A stretch of 63,908 bases of DNA, filler included, from Blastocystis sp. subtype 4 (taxonomy: Eukaryota): the NCBI RefSeq assembly GCF_000743755.1. It is 4 parts of 4 records of this genome, joined end to end, with 100 filler letters (N's around TTAATTAATTAA, not from the genome) between each part and the next. Parts side by side here need not be neighbours in the genome. Positions count along the whole stretch, not along the records: positions 1 to 13,935 come from NW_014569274.1; positions 14,036 to 27,958 come from NW_014569273.1; 2 more parts are not named here. One strand, given 5' to 3'. Under the pieces are notes generated by a model. It saw only the letters and a program-made list of their open reading frames with translations. It made no database searches and had not been told where the DNA came from. Both the position numbers and the translations under genes were made by a program. Below, one piece after another: positions 10,409 through 21,872 of the stretch. Positions within the stretch are counted from its first letter, which is position 1. Every line of letters begins with the position of its first letter.

Positions 10409-12906
10409 ATGAGCAACATCATTGTCACAAATTCTAGTTTATGTCTCGAATTCCTTGGTGATTATGTGATAAAGAGTGTTGAAATGAAGAATGGTGCCGA
10501 CTTGAATGGAGAAGCGATATTAAGATTGTTAATAGAGAATGAAGAATATGAAATGAGAGTAGAAATGAAAGAAGGCAAGAAAGATGGAATAGGATTGTTG
10601 TTGAGAGAGGATGGAACACTGTTTATGAAAATGATGTTTGTAAATGATGAGTGTGAAGGAGATATGGTTAAGAAGAATAAGTATGGCAAAACAGTGTTGA
10701 GAGGAAGAGTATCAAAAGGAAAGGAAGTTGGAATATGGATAGAATATGATGATGATGGAAATGAGATATGGAGAGGATTCTATCGAAATGGAAAGCGATA
10801 TTCGATGGTGAAGAAGCAAAAGGGAATGAAAGGATTCTATTCAGAGATGAATATGAATAAAGAATTGTTGAGTGTGAGTGAATATGATGATAAGTGGATG
10901 AAGAATGGTAAGTGTTTTGAGTATGAAGAAGGAAGAATGGTTCGAGAATGCGAATACAAGAATGGAGTAATGATGGGAGTAGTGAGAGAATGGAAAGGAG
11001 AAGTGATGATTGAATATGATGTGAATGGAATGAGAGTATATGAAGGAGAATTTGAAGGAGATATGATGAAAGGATTCATTCGAGAAGGTAAAGGTAAAGA
11101 ATATGGAATTGATGGAAAGAGTGCATTGTATGTAGGTGGATGGAAGAATGGATTGAGACATGGATATGGAAGTGAATTCAAAAACTGTTTTCCTGTGTAT
11201 ATTGGAGAATGGAAGAATGGAATGAGAGATGGAGCTGGAAAGGAATTGAATGAGAATGAAGAAGTGGTAAGAGCAGGAAGATGGATAGAAGGTGAATATG
11301 CTGAAAGATTTGAAGATGGTTATGGAAATGATTTGAGTGGATTTGATTCTGATTGCTTGAAAGGAATTAAGAGACTTGAGATAGGAGATCATTGCTTTGA
11401 GAATGTGGATCGATTTGTGATTGATGGATTGAATGAATTGAAGAGTATGAAGATTGGAAAGAATAGCTTCAAATACAGTAATAAGAAAAGATGTGGAAGC
11501 AAATGTGTAATAATGAATTGTGATCAGTTGAATGAAATCCAAATTGGATATGAATCATTCTATCGATATGAATCATTTGAATTGAAGAATCTTCCTTCTC
11601 TATTCAATTGGATAGTCTGGTATTCAAGTACTGTCATTCAATAGTGTTTGAGAGTATGAATGATTAAATGAATGATGAATGAGATTTGATTCAACTTGAA
11701 TTCATCATTCTAGGAGGAGTAACTCTTGATGGTGATTATTATACTATTGAATCGAATGAGTTGATAATGAAGAGTATGAGTGATAATGATACTGATTGAT
11801 AAGATCTTCCTTCTCTTACTACATTCAAAGGAAATAGTTTCAATTTCTTCTACATAGGCAAAGTGATATTAGAGAGTGATGATTGATGACTGAATTTGAA
11901 TTAGACATTCCATCACTCACACAAGAAGGAATACAGATGAATGATTATGTTTTTAGTAAAGCATAAGTATGATAGATTGATTGCTAATGATTGAGATGCT
12001 GATTCTCTCGATAGATTCATTCGACAAAAGAGTGATTGTTTACTGAACATAGACTGCATTAATAGTAGAATCAAACGATTTGAAGATGGTTATGGAAATG
12101 ATTTGAGTGTATTTGATGTTGATTGCTTGAAAGGAATTGAGAGACTTGAGATTGAAGACGTTTGTTTTAAGGAAGTGAATCGATTTGTGATTGATGGATT
12201 GAATGAATTGAAGAGTATCATCATTGGAAAATATAGTTTCAGACTCAACTTTTATTACAGTAGGTTCCTAAGCTCATGTGTAATAATGAATTGTGATCAG
12301 TTGAATGAAATCCAAATTGGATATGAATCATTCTATCGATATGAATCATTTGAATTGAAGAATCTTCCTTCTCTTCAGTTGGATGATGATACATTCGAGG
12401 ATTGTCACTCAGTAGTATTTGAGAGTATGAATGATTAAATGAATGATGAATGAGATTTGATTCGACTTCAATCCATCACTCTTGGATTTAGCGCTCTTGA
12501 TGGTGATTTACATACTAGTGAACCGAATGAGTTGATAATGAAGAGTATGAGTGATAATGATACTGATTGATAAGATCTTCCTTCTCTTACTACATTCAAA
12601 GGGAGTTGTTACAATTTCTTTTACACAGGTAAAGTGATATTAGAGAGTGATGATTGATGACTGAATTTGAATTAGACATTCCATCACTCACACAAGAAGG
12701 AATACAGATGAATGATTATGTTTTTAGTATTGCAAAGCATAAGTATGATAGATTGATTGCTAATGATTGAGATGCTGATTCTCTTGGTCGATTTATTCTA
12801 CAGAAGAGTAAAAAGCTATCAAAGAATAAGAGTATTCCACAAGAGTCAGAGCCAATTAGTATTCATTCCGATCCTGGCTCATTGATATGTTGTATGATCT
12901 ACTAAT
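10409..12906 (+). pseudogene. MORN-like repeat plus leucine-rich-repeat protein of a probable multicopy family, apparently frameshifted
   Basis: YxGxWKNGxRxGxG repeats then LKSxxIGxxSF / FELKNLPSL units; frame breaks near 11600; atypical purine-rich composition; 3' boundary approximate. Confidence 0.55.
11307..12785 (+). repeat. Two diverged direct copies of a ~700-bp exon/intron cassette (~11307-12009 and ~12077-12785)
   Basis: Both start GATTTGAAGATGGTTATGGAAATGATTTGAGTG and share long identical blocks through GAGATGCTGATTCTCT; offset ~770 nt. Confidence 0.9.
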
Positions 12907-13935
12907 GAGTTGATTGTGTTTGTCGAAAATCAATCACTCATTAGTCATTGAAATCATTGCATCCAATTCATATCGTCTCACAGTGTTTCATACACTTCAA
13001 AAGTCTTAACAACTCATCATTGGATCTCAACTCCTTCTTTACATCAATCAACAAACTCCCTATACACATCATTCAAACACTCCTCTTATCATTCATCCAT
13101 TCATCACGATATCATCTCTCAGAGATGGTGAAGACAGTTGAATCTGTAGATGTGAATAGGAGATATTGATAGAGTGTATGAAGTGTATAAATGATGTATG
13201 AGATTGAATGATAACGAAAACAAGATATGTTGAATGAGAGATTATCAGAGATGACACACAATTCATATTCAAATCATAATGATTCGATATGGAATGAGAC
13301 CTGTTGTGGATGGTTTGAGTCGATAAATAGGAGTACAGTCAATCACTACTATCTCTATCCGCTCTCATACAAACAGGAACATTCAAACAAACACACTTCA
13401 TATTGAAATCATCATTCGTCATCAATCACAACACTCAATACTTCATTAACAATTCAATCACTTCAAATCTATCTATATTCATATACGATACGAATGATGT
13501 CATCATTCACTACTCATCAATCTCTCTCTTATCCACTTATCATCCTATTCATCATCACATTTCTCATTGTTTTCACATTCAATCCTTCCAGACTACATAT
13601 ATCAATTTGAATCCACGACATCTACGTTACAGATAGTCTGCGTTACTGAAAACTATCGAATACACTGATAACCATCTAATTCGATGTCCATTCCAAGTTC
13701 CATTTAAACTATCATTTTCGGAAATCATACATCCACTACAATCTCTTTTATACCAATTCTTACCACAAATCCTCCTTCTTCATAGAGATTATGGAATCAT
13801 AGGTGGGGCAATTCTACTTATTCTTATTGTTCATATACTCGAAGGTTATTGCACTGAACTATGGTATGTTATAATTATCCTGATGTTGAATCGATTTGAA
13901 ATTGATAGGATGGAAATTAACCGATATTTAGGGTA

Positions 13936-14035
13936 NNNNNNNNNNNNNNNNNNNNNNNNNNNNNNNNNNNNNNNNNNNNTTAATTAATTAANNNNNNNNN
14001 NNNNNNNNNNNNNNNNNNNNNNNNNNNNNNNNNNN
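13936..14035. other. Artificial contig linker
   Basis: N run, TTAATTAATTAA (stops in all six frames), N run; 100 nt total. Confidence 0.98.
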
Positions 14036-14075
14036 CACTTTGCTTGTTCAACAAACAACCAACCCAAAAACTAGC

Positions 14076-16019
14076 TTACAATTCATCATCATCATCACTT
14101 CCTGCCTCAGCTCCAGAAGCATTCTGATAGAACTTGGACATGATAGGATTCGCAATAGCTTCCAACTCCTTCTGTTTCTCCTCAAACTCACTTGCCTCTG
14201 CATTCTCATTGTCATCAATCCAATCCAATGTCTCCTTCACAGCATCTTCAATTGTTGTCTTCTCCTCTTCTGACAACTTGTCAGCCACTCCCTTCTCCTT
14301 ATCATTGATTGTGTTCTTCAAATTGTAGCAATAACCCTCCAAAGCATTCTTCTTGTCAACACGAGAACGAGCTGCCTCATCCTCCTTAGCATACATTTCA
14401 GCTTCCTCCACCATACGCTGAATCTCTTCCTCGTTCAAACGACCCTTCTCAGCAGTGATCGTAATCGACTCACTCTTTCCAGTACCCTTGTCCTCAGCAG
14501 ACACCTGCAGAATACCGTTTGCATCAATCTCAAATGTCACCTCAATCTGAGGTACACCACGAGGAGCAGGAGCAATACCATTCAAATCGAACTGACCCAA
14601 CTTGTGGTTATCCTTTGTCATGGATCGCTCTCCCTCATATACCTGAATCGTCACTGAAGGCTGATTATCCTGATATGTTGAGAAGATCTGTGACTTCTTT
14701 GTGGGAATCACCGAGTTACGCTTGATCAGCACCGTCATCACACCTCCCACTGTCTCAATACCCAACGACAGAGGAGCCACATCCAACAGCAACAGATCCT
14801 TCGTCTCCTCTGCAGCTTCACCACTCAGAATACCTCCCTGAACAGCAGCTCCATAAGCAACAGCCTCATCAGGATTAATACCACGATTCAACTCCTTTCC
14901 ATTGAAGTAGTCACGAAGCAACTCCTGCACCTTCGGAATACGAGTAGAACCTCCCACAAGAACAATCTCATCAATCTCCTTCTTCTTCAGATCCGCATCA
15001 GCAAGCACCTTCTCTACAGGACCCAATGTCTTCTTGAACAGATCCAGATTCAACTTCTCGAAACGAGCACGTGTCAGAGTCTCTGTGAAGTCAATACCAT
15101 CATACAATGCTTCAATCTCCACTGTAGCCTGATGCTGAGTAGACAATACACGCTTCACACGCTCCACTTCCTTACGCAGCTTCTGGACAGCACGCTTATC
15201 ACCCGACATATCCTTGTTGTACTTCTTCTTGAAGATCTTCATCATGTATTGCATCACCACCTGATCGAAATCCTCACCTCCCAGATGAGTATCACCATTC
15301 GTAGCAAGCACCTCGAACACACCATTATCAATTGTCAACACCGTCACATCGAACGTACCACCTCCCAAATCGAACACCAGAATATTCTTCTCACCATCCT
15401 TCTTATCCAGACCATAAGCAATAGCAGCAGCCGTAGGTTCATTGATGATACGCTGAACAGCCAGACCTGCAATCGTTCCTGCATCCTTAGTAGCCTGACG
15501 CTGAGCATCATTGAAGTAAGCAGGCACCGTAATCACAGCATTCTTTACCTCTTCTCCCAAGTAAGATTCCGCAATCTGCTTCATCTTTGACAACACCATA
15601 GCCGAAATCTCTTCAGGAGAGAACTCCTTATCACCGTTATTTGTCACCACCTTGATCACTGGCTTTCCCTTCTTATCCAGAACATGGAAAGGCCACATCT
15701 TACGATCCTTCTGCACCGAAGGATCATCGAACTTACGACCAATCATACGCTTTACATCGAAAACTGTTCTCTCAGGATTAATTGTTGCCTGATTCTTGGC
15801 AGCATCTCCAATCATACGCTCCTTATCATCCCAAGCCACATAGGAAGGAGTAATACGATTACCCTGTTCGTTGGGAATAATTTCTACTTGTCCCTTACGA
15901 TACACACCAACACAAGAATATGTTGTACCCAAATCGATACCAATCACATTTCCAAGACTCTCGTCCTCAGCCAAAGCAACGGCTGCAAGAGCAATTAAAG
16001 CAATCACAATCTTTCGCAT
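14076..16019 (-). CDS. HSPA5: ER luminal Hsp70 (BiP/GRP78), intronless
   Basis: Signal peptide, [35 protein letters not shown]-terminal DDEL retention signal. Confidence 0.98.
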   Translation of the reverse strand: MRKIVIALIALAAVALAEDESLGNVIGIDLGTTYSCVGVYRKGQVEIIPNEQGNRITPSYVAWDDKERMIGDAAKNQATINPERTVFDVKRMIGRKFDDPSVQKDRKMWPFHVLDKKGKPVIKVVTNNGDKEFSPEEISAMVLSKMKQIAESYLGEEVKNAVITVPAYFNDAQRQATKDAGTIAGLAVQRIINEPTAAAIAYGLDKKDGEKNILVFDLGGGTFDVTVLTIDNGVFEVLATNGDTHLGGEDFDQVVMQYMMKIFKKKYNKDMSGDKRAVQKLRKEVERVKRVLSTQHQATVEIEALYDGIDFTETLTRARFEKLNLDLFKKTLGPVEKVLADADLKKKEIDEIVLVGGSTRIPKVQELLRDYFNGKELNRGINPDEAVAYGAAVQGGILSGEAAEETKDLLLLDVAPLSLGIETVGGVMTVLIKRNSVIPTKKSQIFSTYQDNQPSVTIQVYEGERSMTKDNHKLGQFDLNGIAPAPRGVPQIEVTFEIDANGILQVSAEDKGTGKSESITITAEKGRLNEEEIQRMVEEAEMYAKEDEAARSRVDKKNALEGYCYNLKNTINDKEKGVADKLSEEEKTTIEDAVKETLDWIDDNENAEASEFEEKQKELEAIANPIMSKFYQNASGAEAGSDDDDEL

Positions 16020-16446
16020 TTTTCAATTCACTTCAATAGATGAAAGAAAATCTGATTTGATAAACAACATCATCGAACATGACCCAATTAGTACTCAAAT
16101 TCTACTTGAATTGGATCCTATTTGGGTTGAAACAACCTCTTTGAATAATAGAATTAGGCACATTTTTAATAATGGGCCTAAAATGGTCATCTGATTGCTT
16201 TTCTTCTTCTCTAATTCTCCTTTCGATTCTCAGAGACAACTGATATCTTGTTGTGAGAATTAGGAAAACTGGAAACTACAATACTCATAGGATTTGATTA
16301 ATTCCTGAAATTGAGCCAAAGAAATTGGGATAGGGATAATTGGATTCTCTGTATTTACTATAAGCTTAAGTAGAAAGAATCCCCTGCTTCGCTATCAGCG
16401 GTTTTCTCGATCACTCACTACAAGTATTTAAGGACTCGTTTTCATA

Positions 16447-16940
16447 ATGGTAAAGAATACTCAAGGTAATCTAGTGATTCCATTCCTATGATTGATCCAA
16501 TAAAGACGTTTTTCTGACAAATGGTATAGCTGCTGCTGCTGCTAAGAAGGTTCAGCGTGTTCAGAAGAAGAGAGTTGGTCAAATCCACACCAAAACGCAC
16601 TTCTTCCGCCCTCACACTCTGGAGCTTGCTCGTAAGCCCAAGTATGAGCGTAAGTCTGTGGCCAAGGAGAACACCTGTTGTCACTGAGTCTGCTATGAAG
16701 AAGATCGAGGTACGAATGTAACTAGAGCATCTAATCCTGTAGTCTGAGAACATCCTCTCCTTCTTTGTCGATCTCCGTGCTAACAAGAAGCAGATCCGCA
16801 ATGCCATCAACAAGCTCTACGGAGTGAAGTGCCAGAAGGTCAACACTGTGATCACTGCTCTCGGTTTCAAGAAGGCTTTCGTTCGTCTTTCTGGAGATTC
16901 GGAGGCTATGGATGTTGCCAATAAGATTGGTATCTTCTAA
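16447..16940 (+). CDS. RPL23A: 60S ribosomal protein L23a (uL23) with an apparent internal frameshifting deletion
   Basis: HFFRPHTLELARKPKYERKS...PVVTESAMKKIE...ANKKQIR...KVNTVI...KKAFVRL...ANKIGIF; 64-nt first intron; about 29 nt missing near 16673. Confidence 0.9.
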
Positions 16941-17074
16941 GCTTGGTGTTATAAACTTGTCCTTATATGTTGTTTGTACTCAATCCTTGTCCCATTATTT
17001 CGTTGGGATCCACTTGCTATTGTTTTATTCTCTATCAAGCTACTTCCCTTTCCATCTGGACCCGATTTTCAATT

Positions 17075-20000
17075 ATGAATCCAGATAATACGTAGGGCGT
17101 TGTCATGTGCCTCCATTGTATCTGTCATCGATCTTACGCTTTGTAGATGTTTACCATCAAACTCAATTCTGACAGTGAAAGGAAATAGGGTCTCTGAATC
17201 TGTAGAAGAGTCAATTCGTCATGTATATGTTGAAATTCTAGATCAGTGGATAGATTTCGTGTTTTTATCCTCGATTTTCTACTATTCTTCAAGTTTCCAG
17301 GCCATGGACCTGGAATATGATTCGTCCTTATTTTGATTCTTTAACCAACTTCGTGTCTAAAAATCGAAAGGTGATACCTGAGCAGTCTTTTGTGCTTGAT
17401 ATTTGTACCTGCTTGATGGATTCCATTTCTTCCCTTTCAGATGATGAGCTGAATTCTAGAATTTGCTTTCTGGTCTCAATTGTCCCCTTTTGTCCAGTTA
17501 CTGGGACAATTGCATTCAAATTGCTTGTCTTTTTAAGTTGTCTTGTAGTTTCTAGAGTATGTAGTCTTAGATATAGAGCGAGAATGTGGTTTCATTGGAT
17601 TCGGTAAATCTTTTGCTCGAAGCACTTTCAAAGAGTCTTCTTCTCTCTGAAATGAGTTCTATTGTATATCTTCTTTGGCTTTCTCACTGGTAGTTAGTCC
17701 AATTTGAAGATATTGATCGAGAAAGTCATCCCAATTGCGATAGAATTTGTTCTTCTCTTCGGACCATCATTCAGCAGTCAGGTGAATACATCGTTAATAA
17801 CAAGTGTTCTATTCTTTCTCACTATGTTGTTATGGCTGATGCTTATGATTCATAGGCGGATCAGCTGTGTAAGATTCGCTCCAAAGGTGGCGTTGTTTCT
17901 CTTCAACAGCGGATGGTACTTACCAAACTGCAGGATGTTCTACTTGTTCTTCAGGACATTAATTGTCCCCAGACTGTTGTATTTGGTTCTCTGGATTATC
18001 TCTAGGGCTTTCTGGTGGAGGAACTAAAGAATGCTCTAAAGACCTCCAATTCTGAAGTGTGTATCCTCTCACTACAGTGTCTGGATCATCTCTGTCGGCT
18101 GTCATCTGAACTCTTATCAGAAACCGTTGTCATTCAGTTGATTCGTTCCATTCTCTACACTCCGAATTCATTGGAAATGAGGAAGGCTTGCTACAATCTA
18201 CTCACGACAGTAACCACAAGCACATTCTCTTCCTCGTCTGCCAAAATCAAGTTGTTTACTACTGTAGTCTCCGAACTGCTTAAGAATCTCAAGCCTGATG
18301 ATTTGGCTATTCAGGCAATTAAAAAAGGCATAGAAGTGTCGTGCCATCTACAATGGCTTGTCCAACAGAAGAGTCGCTTGAAAGAATTGAGCGGGGTCAT
18401 GAAGGAGAATCTAACAGAAGGATGTCTAGATTTGTTTACTGGGAATAGTGTGTATTTTCCTCTCATAGCTGAGGTGATTTTGGGAACAGAAATCGATAAA
18501 CCCATGTTCTTATTGATCTTAAATCGACAGAAACCAGATGTGAAGCGTCATGCTTTAGATTTTCTTCATTCGTTAATATCAGATCAAGATCCTACAGGGT
18601 TTCCTTCATTCCCATATTTACCTACGAGTCCTACACCTCTTTCATCACCTTACAAGTCACCTATCAACACACCAAGTCCGTTTAACTTCACATTTGATGA
18701 TATTTCAACTGATAGAAAGATTCAAATCGAACTTACGCCCCGCAAATCCACTCATCCTATTTTATATGGTCGTGTACGTTCAGTTGATGAAAAGACGAAT
18801 GGAAGGGAGGTAAGAGATTCCATGAGTCATAAGGAATAGTTATCTCAACGTAATGTTCGTGAGAAACGTTTTGAACAGAGTATTGAGGCGATTGCTGCTA
18901 CTTCAACTGTCCTTAGGTATCTCCAATCAACAATCGAATTCAGTGTCTGTTCCGCTTCCTTATCGGATCCTATGTCAGTCTATAAGACACTTCAGAAGAA
19001 TATCTCTAAGGGTATTGGAATTACAGGAGGCCTTCGTGAACAGATGGACTGTGTGACGTTGTGGCTAGGACATCGTCTTGCACAGTCCAATATTTCCTCC
19101 AAGGAACGGAAGTGGATTCTATCGATCCTATTTAAATTATATGACTACTGCAAGAGCCAACAGCCTCCAGTGATGTTAACAGTAGAAGAGATGCGATTCC
19201 TATTGTTACCACTCCTCTATCAGAATGGAGATGGAATGATGACAGGGCCACTGGATATTCTCAAGTCGATAAGTCGTAAGAAGGATGTAATATTGATTGT
19301 GTACTTCAATTCTAGTTCGTGTCTTCCGTTATCTATTTCACGATTACACATTCTACTGGAGAGGCCAATCATGGTCCGCAAAGCTGTACTGGTAAACGAG
19401 TCTTATTGGGAATTCTTGACTATCTCATAGTCCTTGTGGATGATGATACATTCTGTAATCAAGGCAGAGCCAAATTTGCCCATCGACTCATGAATTTATG
19501 CCACTTTAATTCTCCTGACGTTGCCAAGAAGGCATCCGATGTAGTTCATCTCTATGCTCAAAAAGGTGAAGAGGAATTGAGTCATCGAACCTCGAAAAGC
19601 ACTCTTCCTATTCTGTTGTGTAATTTGGTGAGTCTCGATGTAAGGATGAGGACAGTATATCATTCATAGCAGACAAAGCATCGTCCACGATCTGATAGTG
19701 CCTATTCATTTACTCCAGATAAATTACCGAGTGCTTTGATAACTGGAAAACAAATCTCTCGCAGTGAAGGTCATACTCGACCTTCTTCTTCGAATTCTTC
19801 AGCTATACAACTGTCACCAGATACTTCAATGGATATTCATATGGAGAGTTCCCGTTCTTGGATGGACATCTCTCAAGAGAATCGATTGACTCTTCCGAGT
19901 CCAAGTACAGTGAACATTCCTCCCAGGATCAAGTCTGTAAACGATACGTTGGATCCATCATTATCCGTGGCTAAGTCGGAGGTTGAAGTGCAAGAGACAG

Positions 20001-21287
20001 ACTTGCAAATAGTGCGTGCTAGGAATAGTAATGAGTTCGTGGTCCATATGATCCAGCCGGAGAGCAAATCAAATAATCGCAAGTCTGTGACAACAATGGA
20101 ATCAACTGAAGAGAGTGATTTCGGTTTGCATTTACCCGAGAATAAGCCATTGGAATCAATTAAACCCGACAAAGCAGATCAAATGATGGAGTATGTGAGT
20201 CGAGTCGTCTATGCGACTTTGACACTTTTCCAATGCAGCCCTTATGTTAGTCTGTTGAAAACGCAGTATTCAGCTATCTACAATCAACTCTTGGATTCAT
20301 TTAATGACATGAAAGACTTTGTAATGACTGAAATACATACTAATACGTAGTTAAAGGATGAGAACTCCAGATTGGAATCATTTTTCGCATATGAAGATTG
20401 TATCATTTCTACTCTCTTTAAGCTATTTAAACTCTCTCTCAAACAATATGTTGAAATTGAAGATCAGATCGATGTTTTGACTAATAGTATTCAGTTACAC
20501 AAGGAGAATATTCAGGAGTTACATCATCGCTATCGTCTGACACATGATGATACTTTGAAGGAGTCGGCACAACAGGAAAGATGCAAAATGTTTGTAAATC
20601 GAGTGAAATTAGAATTATTCTATTGTGAAAAGCAAGCTCTTCCCGACTTCATCAATGCATTACTCAGTCCAATAGAAGCACTCCTACATAGTGATCATTT
20701 GGATGATGTTCAGAATGGATATTCTGATCATGTATAGATCTGTCGTGAAATGGGTCTTCTCACCTTCTTCAATATATCATCTGTCTTCTTCTATATTCTA
20801 CCCTATGAAGAGCTTAATAACTACCGAGAGAATATTCATACTCTCTTCTGGAAGTAAGTTTGGTGACCACGTTTGAGTTTCAGAGTACTTATTTGTATTG
20901 ATCCAGTTGCTGCCTATACTTGTCTCTTTGACTTTATTAAAATGTATGGAACTACGAATAGCATACAGCAATGGAAACAAGATTATCTGAATTACATGAC
21001 AGAGACTCTGAATAAGGTTCATAAGTTGCATACAGAAAGACAGTATTGCTATGCACTCATAAAGAAACGTAGGATTTGTAGTAATGGTTAACGGTAGTGA
21101 AAGCATGCTTTAAGGATGTGTTAAGTTATCCATTAGTAGATGAACTTCAACAATGCATTTCACAAATATACAAAGATATTTGTGTCTATTCTGAGGAGAA
21201 CCCAGAACATGATAATCATGTCTTTATAGAGCCGAGTCAACACCGTTGCTCAGATTTTATGTCACACAATCGTTAGAATGGTTCTGA
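17075..21287 (+). CDS. Large HEAT-repeat-like helical protein with a TOG-like (XMAP215/ch-TOG) segment
   Basis: Chain of exons with ~30-nt introns; MDCVTLWLGHRLAQSN...LTVEEMRFLLLPLLYQNGD recalls TOG5; TGTTTGTT at 21294-21301. Confidence 0.4.
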
Positions 21288-21391
21288 GGAATGTGTTTGT
21301 TTGAATAACCGCGGTATTATCCATTATACTGGTTTTGCATCTTCGTTCTCGGTGCTCTGCTGCAAAGAATTCTTGTACAGAATGCCTGGCA

Positions 21392-21739
21392 ATGGTAAGA
21401 TTCTCTGTGAAGTCGATTACTGTAGCATCTCCTTTGGGCGTCCCATCTGGACTGGTCAACCGAATCAACATTACTGTCTCTGTTCCCGCCTTGGAACTCA
21501 CCTTTCCTGTGAATCAACCGGTTAACGGTGATCTGCGTTTAATTCTAGTGATTATCAACAGAAAAATTGATGTATGGTTATTTCGGATTGTTGATTCTTT
21601 TTAGCCACTTCTATCAAAGGATCAACAGATCAGTGCTGTAACTTTTAATGGCGAAGTTCTGGACAGTTCGCAGACATATCAAAGTCTTGGAATTAAGGAT
21701 GGAAGTGTTATAACTGTCGTCATTAGTAAGGGTGTATGA
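21392..21739 (+). CDS. Small ubiquitin-like (beta-grasp) protein
   Basis: Second exon VTFNGEVLDSSQTYQSLGIKDGSVITVV matches the Ubl pattern FxGxxLxDxxTxxxxGIxDGSxI. Confidence 0.6.
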
Positions 21740-21872
21740 ATTGATGTTGATTTTGATCTTTTAGAGTAAGTCAAATGTTACCGGACTACCACAGTTGGAT
21801 GGATCTGATTATGGTTGACTTTTACTTCTTAACTGATGTATAGTGCTTGAAAAGTTACTTATGACATATAAA

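Noticed and set aside
13927..13935. TTTAGGG telomere-like unit at a contig end
   Set aside because: Single unit, no tandem array
13936..14035. TTAATTAATTAA palindrome flanked by Ns, three identical copies
   Set aside because: Assembly spacer with six-frame stops; not biological, and adjacency across it cannot be interpreted
16466..16529. snoRNA in RPL23A intron 1
   Set aside because: Degenerate C box and only about 30-45 nt between the candidate boxes; no recognisable guide
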